This document shows, one piece after another, positions 1-14,643 of a stretch of DNA of 64,000 nucleotides. The notes below the pieces were generated by a model. The model did not search any database. It saw only the letters and a program-made list of their open reading frames with translations, and was not told where the DNA came from. Within the stretch, counting starts at the first letter, position 1; every line of letters begins with the position of its first letter. A program made the position numbers and the translations under genes. Source of the stretch: Eledone cirrhosa (taxonomy: Eukaryota); assembly GCA_964016885.1 (NCBI GenBank), contig OZ024743.1, positions 172,422,001 to 172,486,000 on the forward strand, read 5' to 3'.

Positions 1-314
1 TCCTATTTTTCCCCTTCTTCCTCTCTCCTCATCTTTTTCCTCTCTGTTCTTCCTCCTTTCCCTCTCTTTCCTTTTCTCTCACTTTTTTTCTCTCCTTCTC
101 TCTCCTTTTCCACCTGACCTTTTGATTAATAAAAGGCCTTGGGCGCACCCGAACTACACCGATGTCCACCGGTTCGGGATATATTTACAGCTGACGATGG
201 AAATTCCTTTCTCCTCCTGTTCCGTCCTAACCACCATCCTAAACCTTGCTTTTAGTAACCACACAGCTCCTTTCGTTTCATAACTTTTTGTATATATATA
301 TATATATATATAAG

Positions 315-881
315 GATTAGAATACTGGAGCGTGTTGGAGTTAAACACCCTCTTCGTATTATAGAAATGACAGTAAAAGGTATAGCTCAATGCAGTTAAA
401 CAGAGCCAAAAAATTAAGAGAGTAAAACAAAGAATCCTTTAATACATCAAAAGTGTTTATTAGCCGACAATGTTTCGTCCTATTAAGGACCCATCAGGGC
501 AATCAAAACAACAAGAAGTAATATCGGCAGATACAAGCCGGAAACTCCGAAGAATATGGAGTGTACATACACTAAAGTCTTGCAAAAATATATGATAATA
601 AAAATAAAAATAAAAATAAAAATAAAAATAAAAATAAAAATAAAAATAAAAATAAAAATATATAATAAGAATAACTAAGGATGTAGATAACATTAAGAAC
701 CATATTACAAATATAGTCGAAAAAGCAACTAACCTAAATCTAAACAAATTTGGTCATATATAGCAGGAATTATATATAACACAATGCAATATAACATAAT
801 ACATTATAATAATATACCTTTACCAACATTAAAATTACAATTAAAAATCAAAAGGTACAATATATACATGTATATATGTGC

Positions 882-938
<57 letters not shown>

Positions 939-2894
939 ACAATGGCACATCCATGTTCAACTACACAAATTAAGCCTTATTAGAAGTTTGAATATAAAAA
1001 TAAGCATGATAAGAGTGAAAATAATACCAATACATCTACTCAATATACATGAGGCAATAATATGATATAATTACAAGAGACACATATAATAAATAATAAA
1101 CAATAAAATTATATAATTCAATATAATATAATAGATAATCCCCGGTTAATTTACAGAAACAATATAGATGTCACAATAAAATACAATGATAATATGTTAA
1201 CAGTGTACTAACATTTACCATAAACAATATATACAAATCGATTCATACTGGGTTACAGAGTAAATGAGGAAAAATAAATTATATAATACTCAAAAAAATA
1301 CTATAATGGTATAGGAAAAATTATGATGGTACAGAAAAAATATACAGACATCTTACATGATATGTAAAGTCTAAATATCATAATGTTACATATAATGAAC
1401 AGTAAGTAATAAGGATCAATGTTACAATATTACAAAAATACAGACATCTTACATGATATATAAAGTTTAAATATCATAATGTTACATATAATGAACAGTA
1501 AGTAATAAGGATCAATATTACAATACAATATAATATAATATATTATAAATTGACATAAAATAATATATAAATACTTATAATTACAAGGTTAGTAGACAGA
1601 AATATGTGGATGTGTAAGTAAAGCCAGATAGTGAATAGTAAATAGAATATAGAATAAAATAAATAAATATAATCAACCGGAAATTACAAAACAAAAGCAA
1701 ATATATACACACTTAGGCCTCACATGCGGTTAAGAAGTTAGGTAAACACTAAGGAAAACAATCATTTTAATTGACTCAAAACCCTATTTGATAAATTAAT
1801 ATCAAAAATATCAAAACTATCTAATAATGTAGTATAATATTAGCTATAGTTTAAGTCATTGAAGTTTATAAACTTTAATGTTTCGTTACAAATGTTTACA
1901 AAAAGGAATGAAATCTTTTACTATCATATACGTAACGATATCTAAAAAACTGACTTAAGTAGAATTAAGGTAGGCTAATGGGGACAGAATTGATGAAATA
2001 TATGGAGGGTGCGAAGGGGCATAAAATATAGTCGATATATTATAATAAATAATAGAACGGAGCGTAAAAGAGGGGGGGTTAAATATAATCATAGTCAATC
2101 TGGGGGGTTGACAATAAGTTTATGTGCGCATGGGGTGAAGGGGGAAGGGGGGAGGGGAGAGGGGGGTTATCCAAAGATGAATCTGAATAAAATAAAAAAT
2201 AAAAATAGAATTAAAAATAAAATTAATAATAAAAATAAAAATAAAGATAATAATAGAATAACGTAAGTGGCGTAAAGTATGTAATCTTATATATATATTA
2301 ACAAGGTGTAATAGTGAAAACATAGATATGGTACAGTAGCCAAATGATTATGAGAGCTAGAATGAAGAGTCATCAAAAACGGTAATAATGATGATAACAA
2401 TAATGTTGGCAAACAAAAGAACCTAAACTAAAAACTAAGTAATGGAATATATCTGCTAATGGGTACTATTTGTACTACTAGAACGTTTGGGTTTATAATA
2501 AAAATAAGAATTAGAGATGGCGTGGGGGCAAGAAGAGAATATCTCAGACTTTCTATTAAGTAAGGATACGCTAGAGAAAATAATAGAGTGTCTCAAGTAT
2601 GCAGAGATTACAAAACTTACTATGTGTAGAAAGGTGGTTAGAGCGTGCTACTAAACGCCAGTTAAGGCTATATGGTATATAAGCTCCCTTAAGATCCCAG
2701 ATATAATGCGCTAAAGAAGTAGAATTCTTAAACCTAACATGTTTGAAGTTAGAGATATGAGAGTTAAACCTAGTCTTAAAAGTGTTTGAAGTAGATCCTA
2801 TATAAGTTCTATTAGAGGAATTAGTTATAACTTCGCAAGCGTAGACAATGTTCTTAGAAAGGCAGTTACCGTCTAGAGGGCAGTTAGCACTCAC
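315..2894 (-). mobile_element. 5'-truncated PLE (Hydra-clade-like): GIY-YIG endonuclease remnant, long AT-rich 3' UTR and HHR
   Basis: ORF 2571..2894 reads NCPLDGNCLSKNIVYAC...TYIGSTSNTFKTRFNSH...CNLCILE. An HHR lies downstream at 461-502 and the element ends at a (TA)n run. Boundaries are approximate. Confidence 0.8.
461..502 (-). ncRNA. Type I hammerhead ribozyme (A9G variant or decayed)
   Basis: Reverse complement reads gcc-CTGATGG-gtcct taat aggac-GAAA-cattg-TC-ggc. Confidence 0.7.
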
Positions 2895-3146
2895 TCTACA
2901 ATTGCACTTCCGGGTGTTATTGGTTGGCTCGAGTGGTGATGTATTACACGTAGGACCTCTATTAGATAAGGACTGTTCTGGTGGTAAAGCATTGTCAGAT
3001 CCGCTCCTATTAATGACGTGTTATTCGTTTTTTCCCGTTCTTTGCCAGCGAACGTTACCACGAACCTAAGTATCGCCTTCCTGTCTTCCTCCGGTTGCAA
3101 CGTTTTTTGAAATATCCAGTTCTGCGTTTACAGATTGACTTTGTTC

Positions 3147-3195
3147 GTTTCAGAAGATCCCGTTAAGGGTGAAAGCAGCGATTCTTTGCTTAAAC
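3147..3195 (+). ncRNA. HHR-like motif with U4A core (CAGAAGA); copies at 7496-7543(-), 34029-34075(+), 56342-56390(-)
   Basis: gttt-CAGAAGA-tccc gttaa gggt-GAAA-gca...tgc-TT-aaac, with the same core in four copies. Confidence 0.65.
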
Positions 3196-3739
3196 TTTAA
3201 TCTGTTATTTTAATAAATATTTGCTCTACGGTTCTTATATATTTGATATATATTTTCCTTATCGAGCCCTCTTTGGATTTCAATCTTCAATTTTATTATT
3301 ATTACTATATATATATATATATGTATATATATATCGATATGCAAATTAGGCTGCTCAGCCGTTAATATGCATAAGGAAAGTATATACTTTCAGACGTTCA
3401 ACCATCTGTCAGGAAGGTATACGATGCTGACGATAGCTAATAAGCTTGAAACTAGTTCCTGTGTCAGTGTTGAAGGAAAAGGAGACGTGGTTACCTAAAC
3501 ACTGTACGGCGTAATTCGGGCTGTTTTTTTGTTTACAAACAAACAAACCGAGCATTATAATAAATGTTCGGTAAACCGATACGTGCATATATGTATGTGT
3601 ACATGTATGTATATATATATACATACTACTGTACGTCTGTATACATATATGTATGTACGTATACATGCATACATACTTACCTTTAAGTAAGTGCCGTACT
3701 AAGAGTGAGAAATGAAATTTCATTTCATTCTATTCCATT

Positions 3740-3784
<45 letters not shown>

Positions 3785-3785
<1 letters not shown>

Positions 3786-4190
3786 TAAACGGAATAGAAA
3801 ATGCTGACAAATTGTTCACAGTTGAAAAATGGTTTAATTAGGAATAAAAGAGTATTAGTGATTGTATGGGTTAGTATTCAGTTGTGGTTTTAAGTTTTTA
3901 AGTTTTTACCGGTTGCGCATTTCTAAATGCTTTTCAAAAATAATTTTGAGATAGAGTGTCCGTGCTGTTTGCTCTGATCTGATTAGTTTTGGGAATTCTA
4001 CCTGTTAAAAAAGTGGCTCCAATTTGCAAAAATTCTTGTGGTCAAAACAATTTTGATTGGTCGGTAGAGGTCATGTGAATGTAAAAAATTGATTTTGCGC
4101 CAAGACTGTTTTTATGTTAAAAAAGTGGCTCCAGCAAAAATTCTTGTGGTCAAAACAATTTTGATTGGTCGGTAGAGGTCATGTGAACAG
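3785..4190 (-). repeat. Copy of the Neptune-like PLE 3' end; also at 18320-18740 and partly at 61870-62135(+)
   Basis: Shared blocks such as gtcaaaacaattttgattggtcggtagaggtca; contains the UUGAAAA/GCAA HHR variant at 3903-3941. Confidence 0.75.
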
Positions 4191-5450
4191 TTCTCTATCT
4201 AAAATCTGCAATCTCTGTCTAAATGAAACATTTACTATTATCTCTAATCTAGATTCTATAATAAATAGACGCACTGACTTGTTTTCTATCTGCTTGCATA
4301 AATTCCATAAAACATTTCACAAAGTATACAGCTAATATTCAATTCTTTATCAATTTAGAATCTTTTTCTCAAAGGCACATATATATACACTTCTTTTAAA
4401 AATATACCCATCTTTCTACCTTATTTCAAAGGTTATTATACATTCTATAATACTTGTTTACTCATTACTCTTACTCTATATCACCTTGTAAAAATCCTTC
4501 GTAAACATATACATTTTTTTTTTACGCTAGATTATTCATCCTCAATTCATTATTTTTTTTTTCTCCCTATCATCTAACTCATTATTCTCAATACATATTA
4601 ACATTTTCTTTTTCTTCGCACATATTATCAAATCCTTCAATATACAAACCTTAACTTTACATTATTTTTCTCAAATCCTTCAATATACAAACCTTAACTT
4701 TACATTAGTTTTCTCTTCGTTAATTTTCAAATTCTATAATACTTGTTTGCTCTTTCTACATCACCCATATTTATCACTTCCTTTTCTTCTCTTCTAATAT
4801 CTAACCCCTAATCTGTACCTTTTCTCACTCTTGCCTAACATAGAATCAATTATTACATAATACAACACATTCTTACTCTATATCACCTTGTAAAAATCCT
4901 TCGTAAACATATACATTTTTTTTTACGTTAGAATATTCATCCTCAATTCATTATTCTTTTCTCCCTATCATCTAACTCATTATTCTCAATACATATTAAC
5001 TCCTTCTTTTTCTTCGCACATATTTTTCTCTTCGTTAATTTTCAAATTCTTTTAATTTATACATTATCTTCCAACGGTTTTCAACCTCTCTATGTAAAAC
5101 AATATATCTTTCTCAGTTATAAAAACTATCTCTCTCTCTCTATCACCCATCTCTCCTCCTATCTCATCCTTCCTCACTATACTCCTCCCTCTCCACCTTC
5201 ACTCTCATCTCCTTCTTTTTTTCATCCTTTCCACTCCCCCCCCTCTAAATACGATATCTTTCCCAATATCACACATCAATCTAAAACTACTTCTCATATG
5301 TTGATTTAAAACTGAACTATCCACAAGTGTTTTTTAACCTTCATATCATGTCCTCCTGTTTTATCTGATGAAAACACAAATATTATTGCATGATGATATT
5401 TGTTTTTGAAATGCGCATAATAAAATACATGGAACTCCTTTAACCATCTT
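4190..5450 (+). mobile_element. PLE 3' fragment: endonuclease C-terminus, 3' UTR and HHR
   Basis: Translates from about 4197 as SKICNLCLNETFTIISNLDSIINRRTDL; canonical HHR at 5357-5427. Confidence 0.75.
5357..5427 (+). ncRNA. Type I hammerhead ribozyme
   Basis: ttttat-CTGATGA-aaacacaaatat...gatatttgttttt-GAAA-tgcgca-TA-ataaaa; stem III is palindromic. Confidence 0.85.
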
Positions 5451-5455
5451 TTGTT

Positions 5456-5582
<127 letters not shown>

Positions 5583-6762
5583 TACATGAATCAAAGTTCT
5601 GTTCAAACCAATTTGCTTACAATTGTTTCGTCCAAACCGCGCTTTGGAGTCTTCGGAGCAATTTTTCAATGATTGTTTACATACATGACCTCCTTTCCAA
5701 CACAAGAGACATACAGAAACATATGTATATATCGATGCACAGTGGAGTGACATCCATTATAATATTTAGCATGGCAATTTACATTCAAAAATTAAAACAA
5801 AATTAAAGTTAAAATACAACATCGGCAGTTTACGAAGGTAATGCAAGAGGATAGTTTGAAGTAGTTAGTGTATGCAATAGTTACACGTGGGGCATGCACG
5901 TGTGTCTTATTTATATGAGATTATAGTGCGGCAAGGTGTTATATGCAATACAAGCACTTTAAGCGGGCAATCAAGAGTATTATGAGGGTTGTATTGGTAA
6001 AGTATCAACAGATACTTATTCAAGTGGGCTCTTATAAATCTTCAGTGGGTACCCAATAATATTAATATTGATAACCAAATCAACATCAATATTTAGCGAT
6101 AATCACCATCAGTGCTTGAGGGGACTGCTAGGTTGTTAGTCCAGCAGTTCTAAAGAAAATCTCACACTGTCCCGAAAATGGGAGGAAGGAGGCTACCGCC
6201 AAAAACAATACATGCGCAGGTGGTTGAACTCTGACAAGAATTCAAGCCATGTGCTAAGAACTCAATTGGATATGAAAAAATAACTATATGTGCGCACCGC
6301 TTTATGACACATATAGATATTTTCTCAGGCAAAATAACAGAATGAGATACAAGAACAAACAATCAATATTCATATAAAAAATAAACAAAGAGAGCCATAC
6401 TTTATATCGGGAAAGTTGCTCCAAGAGTAAATATATAAATACATAATCAGAGAAAGCTAAAAGCGATACTCCGGCCAAATTCCAACTCACCCAACAAACA
6501 TTAGGAAATACCTGAGTATATTCCCAATTAAACGTTTGGGGTGCTAACTATATTGTATTGTGTGAATAATTGGCTGTATTATTTCATGTGAGATATATCA
6601 AATATATCATTTCCCAGACGACTCGTTTCATTATAAGATTTCTACAAGTTGGGTGAAATTATACCAAGTTATGTAGAAGCTTGTATAAGATCAACCGATA
6701 CTTATTCAAGAGGGCTCTTATAAATATTCAGTGGGTACCCAATAATATTAATATATATATAT

Positions 6763-7066
6763 ATATCAATGATATTAATAAATGGAAACTATATTTATAA
6801 AACCATATTTATTTTATTACATATATTTCAAGGGTACAAACATTTTGGTACGCTCTCATCAGATAAAATACAAAATGTGTTTTATAAATGGTGACATACC
6901 CAAGAAACCAGACCTTATCGGTTTCTTGGATATGTCACTATTTATAAAACAAATTTTGTATTTTATCTGATGAGTGCTTACCAAAATGTTGGTACCCTTG
7001 AAATATATATAATAAAATAAATATGGTTTTATAAATATAGTTTCCATTTATTAATATCATTGATAT
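6763..7066. repeat. About 300-bp imperfect palindrome with two HHRs, at 6811-6869(-) and 6960-7018(+)
   Basis: The arms are reverse complements (mirror ORFs METIFIKPY...). HHR reads ttttat-CTGATGA-...-GAAA-tatata-TA-ataaaa. Confidence 0.9.
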
Positions 7067-7177
7067 TATACTCCAGAAAAATACTGTAGAGTGCTTTGAA
7101 TCTGTTATAAATAAATTTGTTGAATAACCAACAAATTAAATATCTCTTTGCTTATATATATATATATATATATATAG

Positions 7178-7368
7178 TTATAATTGTTTCTACTTTAGGC
7201 ACAAGGCCAGCAATTACCCAGTGCATTACTGGTACTTTATTTTATCGACCCCGTAAGGATGAAAGGCAAAGTCAACCTCGGCGGGATTTGAACTCAGATC
7301 GTAAAGGGACGTAACTATGCTGGAAAGCATGGCGTCCGACCCTCTAGCGATACTGCCAATCCACCGTC
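7178..7368 (-). mobile_element. tRNA-derived SINE with Deu/Nin-like central domain; copies at 42875-43050(+), 54667-54855(-), 57940-58155(-)
   Basis: B-box-like gagttcaaatccc followed by cctttcatccttacggggtcgataaaataaagtaccagt in several copies. Confidence 0.85.
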
Positions 7369-7913
7369 CTTATATATATAGTTATAATAATAATAAATGT
7401 GAAGACTAAAATCCAAAGACGGCTCGATAAGGATAAATATATATCAAATATATAAGAACCCTAGAACAAATATTTATTAAAATAACAGATTAAAATTTAA
7501 GCAAAGAGTCGCTGCTTTCACCCTTAACGGGATCTTCTGAAACTTCAGTTATACACACATATTGATTTATATATACACACATACATATTCATACATGTGT
7601 GTATCATCATCATCATCACTGTTTAACGTCCATTTTCCCACGCTATACGGTGATGATGATGATGATGTGTGTATATATATATATATATATATTTATACAT
7701 TATACGTTATGTGGTACAAGACGTGTGTGGATATGTTGGTGTTCATTCACTTCCTCTTTTGGTCATGTCTATGTGTGAAATATTCAGCTTTGTCAAACAC
7801 CGCGTCTTGCTGAATCTACCTGAGAATTACATTTAAGGGTACACATCTGAATCTCCCTAAGAAGATCCTGTTAAGAGTGAGAGCAGCGATTCTTTGCTTA
7901 AACTTTAATCTGT

Positions 7914-7977
<64 letters not shown>

Positions 7978-7978
<1 letters not shown>

Positions 7979-9030
7979 TAGTAGTGGTACCCGCTGTTGC
8001 CTGGGAATGAAAGTGGTCCTTATATATGAGCAGAAAAAAGCAAAACATGTAATATAGAAATCAGTTATTCTAAATTACATTTATACTTCAATTGATTGAA
8101 CAGTCCGCATGTCTACGCTTAAATGTAATTCTCAGTATATAATTATATATGTGTATACACACCATGTATAAATCAATATGTGTATATAACAGTTATTGGC
8201 AAATAGTGTAAATTAATATTTAAAAATATGTAAGTTCCCCCTCCTATAACTTGTTATTGTCTCTTTTCTTTCACTGGGTCCCTGTCCCTTTTCTTCTAGG
8301 TACCACCAAACCCAATTGTTTAATGGGGCGATACGTTATGTGGTACAAGACGTGTGTGGATGTGTTGGTGTTCATTCATTTCCTCTTTTGGTCATGTCTA
8401 TGTGTGAAATATTCAGCTTTGTCAAACACCGCGTCTTGCTGAATCTACCTGAGAATTACATTTAAGGGTACACATCTGAATCTCCCTGAGAATTACATTT
8501 AAACGTACACATGCTGAATCTCCCTGGGAATTTGCGAATTTATTTATATACATGTATACACAAATGTATAAATATATTGCCCCAGCATGGCCTCAGCCGG
8601 ATGGCTGGAACAGGTAAAAGAGTAAAAGAGTAAATATATACACACATCATCATCATCATCACCGTATAGTGTGGGAAAATGGACGTTAAAGAGTGATGAT
8701 GATACACACATGTATGAATATGTATGTGTGTATATATAAACATGTATAAATCAATATGTGTGTATAACAGTTATTGGCAAATTGTATAAATTTATGTTAA
8801 AAACTGTCTAAGTGGGTTAGCTCCCTTAGATTCATATTTGGAAACAAATGTAAAAGATATCGAATAAAAATCGATTAAAATTCAAGTTAGTGAGAAAAAA
8901 ACGAAAGACAAAGTGATGTAGATCTGAAAAGAGAGGTTCCAGTCAATCATTTAATTATTACCGAAGTAATCAGGATTTTGTATAAATTCCGGTCAACAAA
9001 CAAGCAAACTTGCATTTTATAAAGTATTAT
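7978..9030 (-). mobile_element. Non-autonomous Helitron-like element
   Basis: Reverse-strand 3' end cccaggcaacagcgggtaccactaCTAGt. Reverse-strand 5' end tataatactttataaaatgcaagtttg recurs at 9672(+) and 13747(+). Confidence 0.55.
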
Positions 9031-9039
9031 ATATATATA

Positions 9040-9679
<640 letters not shown>

Positions 9680-9784
9680 CTTTATAAAATGCAAGTTTGT
9701 TTGTTTGTTGACCGGAATTTATACAAAATCCTGATTACTTCGGTAATAATTAAATTATTGACTGGAACCTCTCTTTTCAGATCA

Positions 9785-11500
9785 ACATATATACCTACTT
9801 CGGATTCCTTGACCAAACATACCAACAAACCTCGGGATTGCCCATGGGATCAATCCTGTCAGGTGTGCTAGCGATCTCTTACATGGACAACCTCGAGCGC
9901 AAGGCACTCAACGCCTGCCACCCCAACGCCGTAGCCTTTTTCTCAAGGTACGTGGACGATATCCTCATCCTCACATCTTCCCAAGAAACGGCGAACAGAA
10001 TCTATGAGACGTTCAACAACACGGACGAGAACATTGACTTCAGTATTGAACACCCCAACGAAGACGAGTCACTTGCCCTCCTCGACTTCCGAATCTACAT
10101 CACGGAACAGGGAAGGATCCACTGCAACTTCTACCGAAAGGCAGCCTGCAGGGACCTGTTCTTTCACTACAAGTCCGCCCTCCCTAACAGTGCCAAAAGA
10201 GGATACATTACGAACGAGATCGCGCGAATCAAAAACAGATGCAGCGATCCCGCGAGTGGTGTCACTCATACCAAGCGATTTCTCGAGGTGCTGGAGACGA
10301 ACGGGTACCCTACCTCGCTCACAGACAGAATAGGAGACACCAGACACAAGATACAGAGAGGCACCCAAGGCAAGTGCTTCCTTAAAATGCCACACCTGGG
10401 CAAGAATACCACCAACGCTATCCGCAAGGCTATACGGAGGGAGGGCCTCGACATCCACCTGGCCCACTCGGGCCCCTCCCTGCGAAGATGCCTCTCCAGG
10501 AACCCGGGAAATCTACTGACGCATGCTCCCTCAGAGACTGCCCGATACGCCATGCGAACTGTTGCCTACGCACATACGTCGTGTATAAGATAGAATGTGA
10601 CAGGTGCAACCAATACTACATAGGTAGCACAATCCGACCTTTGCACATCTGGATCAAGGAATACACTAAAACCAGGGCCTCGTCTTTCCGGAAACACATA
10701 GACAAATGCGGAAACAAAGACGGAAGGCCCATTGTCACAATTCTAGCGACTGAAAGAAACGTCGGCACGTTACGTATCAAGGAAGCGCTTTTTATCAAAC
10801 GCCTGCAACCGCAAATAAACAATCGATCCGAGAGAAGCGAAATGAGATGGCTGGTTTAAGTTAACAAACGATGCAGCAACACACGCACACACACACACAA
10901 ACGAGACAACTACACACACACACGCACACACACACAGTAGCATTCCACCATACGAACATACTACACTGCCAATAGAGAGGAACAAGGCAACAACACACGC
11001 ACACACACACACACTCAAGCGAGACAACAACACACGCACACACACACACAGTAACATTTAACAAACAGGGAGAGAATAGACTGACAGCTAGCGCCACCCC
11101 ACTCCCTCATTCGGCCACTGACCTCTGCCCGACCGATCCCATTTCACGCGCACGCGCGCTCTGCTGAATACCTCAGGTATTCAAAACAACAAACAGCCGA
11201 GGACGCGTTTCGCACCTTTCCGACAGACAACCTTTCCCCCACCCCGGAAAAAACCTCCAGTTGATGGATGTGAATCCGAAATATATAGGGACAATTAAAT
11301 CTCTCCCAAGGTAACTCTCTCTCGTGTTGTTATTTTTATTTTATCCTTTATACTCTTTCCTTCATTCTTATACACATCTTATACACACCAAGCATCTCAG
11401 CGTACACCCACTTACATCTCTCTCTCCACCACCGGATCTTGTTACCCGGAGATTTACCCATTTGCATTGTCGAGGCTTCCAAACGACTTAAAGATATTTA

Positions 11501-11505
<5 letters not shown>
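9785..11505 (+). mobile_element. 5'-truncated PLE (Penelope/Poseidon-like): RT plus GIY-YIG with one frameshift
   Basis: PMGSILSGVLAISYMDNLE, RYVDDILI, LALLDFRI, FYRK; then VVYKIECDRCNQYYIGST and IKEALFIKRLQPQIN. Confidence 0.92.
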
Positions 11506-11538
<33 letters not shown>

Positions 11539-12364
11539 CATGTATACATATTGTTAGCACCCCAAACACTTAAATTGGGTTTATATTTTAATATAACCTA
11601 ATGTTTGTTGAGTGAGATGGTTACCAGTCAGAGTTTAGCTTTAAACTATCTCTGTTATTGTATTAAATATTTACTCTTGATTGGCCAGAGGTGTTTATTT
11701 CCAGGTACCTTATGAATTTGATTTTTCGTATTTATTACTTGTTGTGAAATATTGTGGCTTTTTTTGGTTGTAACTTCTCTGTTTTTTAGCCTAGGAAAAT
11801 ATATATATATGCCTACGTATATAATTACATGCATATATGTATTTATTTTATTTTATTAATTGAGTTCTTTACACGAGGAATTAATATTGGTTTTGAAATA
11901 ACTAATTAACCCGCGTGTGTTTTATATTTTACTCTTAATAATTCGGCCGGAGAATTATATTCCCATTTGCCCTTTATAGCATAACTCTCTGCATTTACTG
12001 CGGTTATTAGAAGCGGTTCTTATTCAGATACAACTTCTGATTTAGCCTAAGAAAATATCTATATGCGTGTGTAATTTATACAAGCATATATTTATTTTTT
12101 TATTTTCAATTGAGTTCTTAAACACGTTGGATTGATAATGTTTTCAAAAAAACTAATTAACCCGCGTGTATATTATTTTTTTTCCTCATTTCATGGATCG
12201 TGGGTTGTCTCCCCTTCCCGCTTCGTGTCACTATGATACTTCCTCAGTCAAAAACTGCTGGAATTTCAAATTTGGCGGTCAATCGAGGTGAGAGAGAGCA
12301 ACTTTACGGACATGAATTTTGACAGCGGTAAGAAATTGTTTTCTTATATCAATGTTTAATGGGC

Positions 12365-12490
12365 TTCCACTGATGATTTATAAGTGCCCACCTTAATATA
12401 TTCTTACATGATTATATATTAGGCTTCTACATAAACTGGAAACATTCTCCCAAACTTGTAGAAAACTTATAATGAAACAATTGTTTGGAA
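12365..12490 (+). ncRNA. Type I HHR with long stem II; decayed relative at 6612-6738(-)
   Basis: ttcca-CTGATGA-tttataag...cttataat-GAAA-caattg-TT-tggaa. Confidence 0.75.
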
Positions 12491-12669
12491 AGAGAGATAT
12501 ACTTTAACTTTAATTATATCTCATAAAATAATACAACTGGTTTTTCCACATTATACATATTGTTAGCACCCCAAACACTTAAATTGGGTTTATATTTTAA
12601 TATAACCTAATGTTTGTTGAGTGAGATGGTTACCAGTCAGAGTTTAGCTTTAAACTATCTCTGTTATTG

Positions 12670-12841
<172 letters not shown>

Positions 12842-13179
12842 GTTATTCCGGGTTGAATCTAATGAATGAAACAGTTCTAGTCCTGTAGAATCTCATCTAT
12901 ATTAAAACTATATATATATATATATAAATGAAAAGTATAGAAAATATTGTAGCAAGAAGCCAACAGTATTCCATAATATATAAGTGACTATAGCGTCAAA
13001 ATGGGAAAATAGTTAACGTAAGATGTGGGGAAAAATAATTCAAACTCAATTCAAAAAGAATCAGGATATAGATTTATCCAACAGAATTTAGTGAAATCCA
13101 GGGAAAAATCAATAGAGCCTTAACTCATGATAAAATAAAGTTTTAAATACTCATCCTTCAATTTGGAACAACTACAGAT

Positions 13180-13261
13180 GCTCTGTATAGTCTTGAAAAG
13201 ACTATTTCACGAAAACTTTCAGTGGGGATGGTCACGGTTGGAATTCGATCGTCAGCAGAGC
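13180..13261 (-). ncRNA. Type I HHR with a full stem III
   Basis: Reverse complement reads gctctg-CTGACGA-tcgaa...ttcgt-GAAA-tagtctt ttc aagacta-TA-cagagc. Confidence 0.85.
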
Positions 13262-13685
13262 TCAACATGATAACCAAAATCTCACTGATTAATATGCCAA
13301 AAAGGGAATTTAAAAGCAGGCTAGTTTATCATCATGCGTGATTATGAAAATAAAACACACATGTGGAAAAACAGGGCTGGTGACGTCAGAATGAGACGAA
13401 TGTTTGTTTACATGAAACAACAATCAAAAACATTCCGAAAAAAACTCTACAATAAGGAGTTCAGCAAAAAGCAATATTATCGCGGTTTTTTTGTTTTTTT
13501 TAAATACCGCGATTAGTCACAAATAATTTAAGCACTCTAGGAAAGAAATCCGAGTATAAATATATAAATGAAAAGTATAGAAAATATTGTAGCAAGAAGC
13601 CGACAGTATTCCATAATGCAAATATATATATATATATATATTAAAATACAAATATTAATAAAATAGATGTTCTTTTGATCAATTA

Positions 13686-13751
<66 letters not shown>

Positions 13752-14432
13752 CGTTATAAAATGCAAGTTTGCTTGTTTGCTTGTTTGTTTTGCTTTTTTT
13801 TACTTATTATTTTTTCTAGTATTGCTTACATTCTCATTACCTTAATATTTATTAATTTTTATTATTTATTATATTTTTTTTATCTTATATATTTTTTCAT
13901 TTATTCATCATATTTTATATTTGTATCGACCTTCCGTCTGACTCTACGTATGACTTTATACACTCGCTTCCCTGTTTATATTATGTACATGTATGTGGTC
14001 GTGTGTATATATGTCTCTGTGCGTGCGTCCTTTTACGGTGTATGTGTATATATATCAGCCCTTAGTCTTTGAGTCTGTATGTACGCAAACTTCATTATTT
14101 TACAATTTCTATTTTTAATAATATTTAATAATATTTAATAATATTTCTATTTTAATATATGTGTGTATTTGTGGTCACGCATACACCAATATATTTGCCC
14201 TCATGTATGTACTTACGCATACATATTTTCACTATACACATGCAGTTTTACACATACGCACATGTACATATGTACATATGTATGTACATATACACACATT
14301 ATCTCACTATATATCTTTATTTTTATTCTTTATATATTTTTTGTCTTATTACTTTTATTTATATTTTTTGACCGTTAAACATTTTAGCCTTTCTTGATGA
14401 GCTATTTTCAAATATCTCACTATGTTATATTG

Positions 14433-14500
14433 CCTTATCTGACGAACGAATGCGGACGTCTCTTGTGTTCGTCCTGTACGGGAAACCTCGAGTAATGAGG
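14433..14500 (+). ncRNA. Type I HHR
   Basis: ccttat-CTGACGA-...ggacg...cgtcc...-GAAA-cctcgag-TA-atgagg. Confidence 0.7.
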
Positions 14501-14598
14501 TAATTATACTGTGTTGTTTATTATACATTAACTATTCAGCTCTGTTACTTACATAGAGCACTCTTCACTCCTTTACTTTTTCCACGGAAACTTCAACA

Positions 14599-14642
<44 letters not shown>

Positions 14643-14643
<1 letters not shown>

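Noticed and set aside
1340-1530. Local tandem duplications (also 4470-5040, 36340-36420, 56500-56730)
   Set aside because: These are ordinary slippage duplications inside PLE UTRs.
3416-3460. CTGACGA-stem II-GAAA-ctag-TT motif
   Set aside because: Stem I does not pair next to the core; probably a rearranged relic.
7178-7368. tRNA genes
   Set aside because: The A/B-box-like sequences are SINE heads and no cloverleaf is evident.
11235-11292. Possible HHR at the end of the Poseidon-like element
   Set aside because: GAAA-tata-TA-ggga is present but there is no CUGANGA, and the second copy lacks GAAA.
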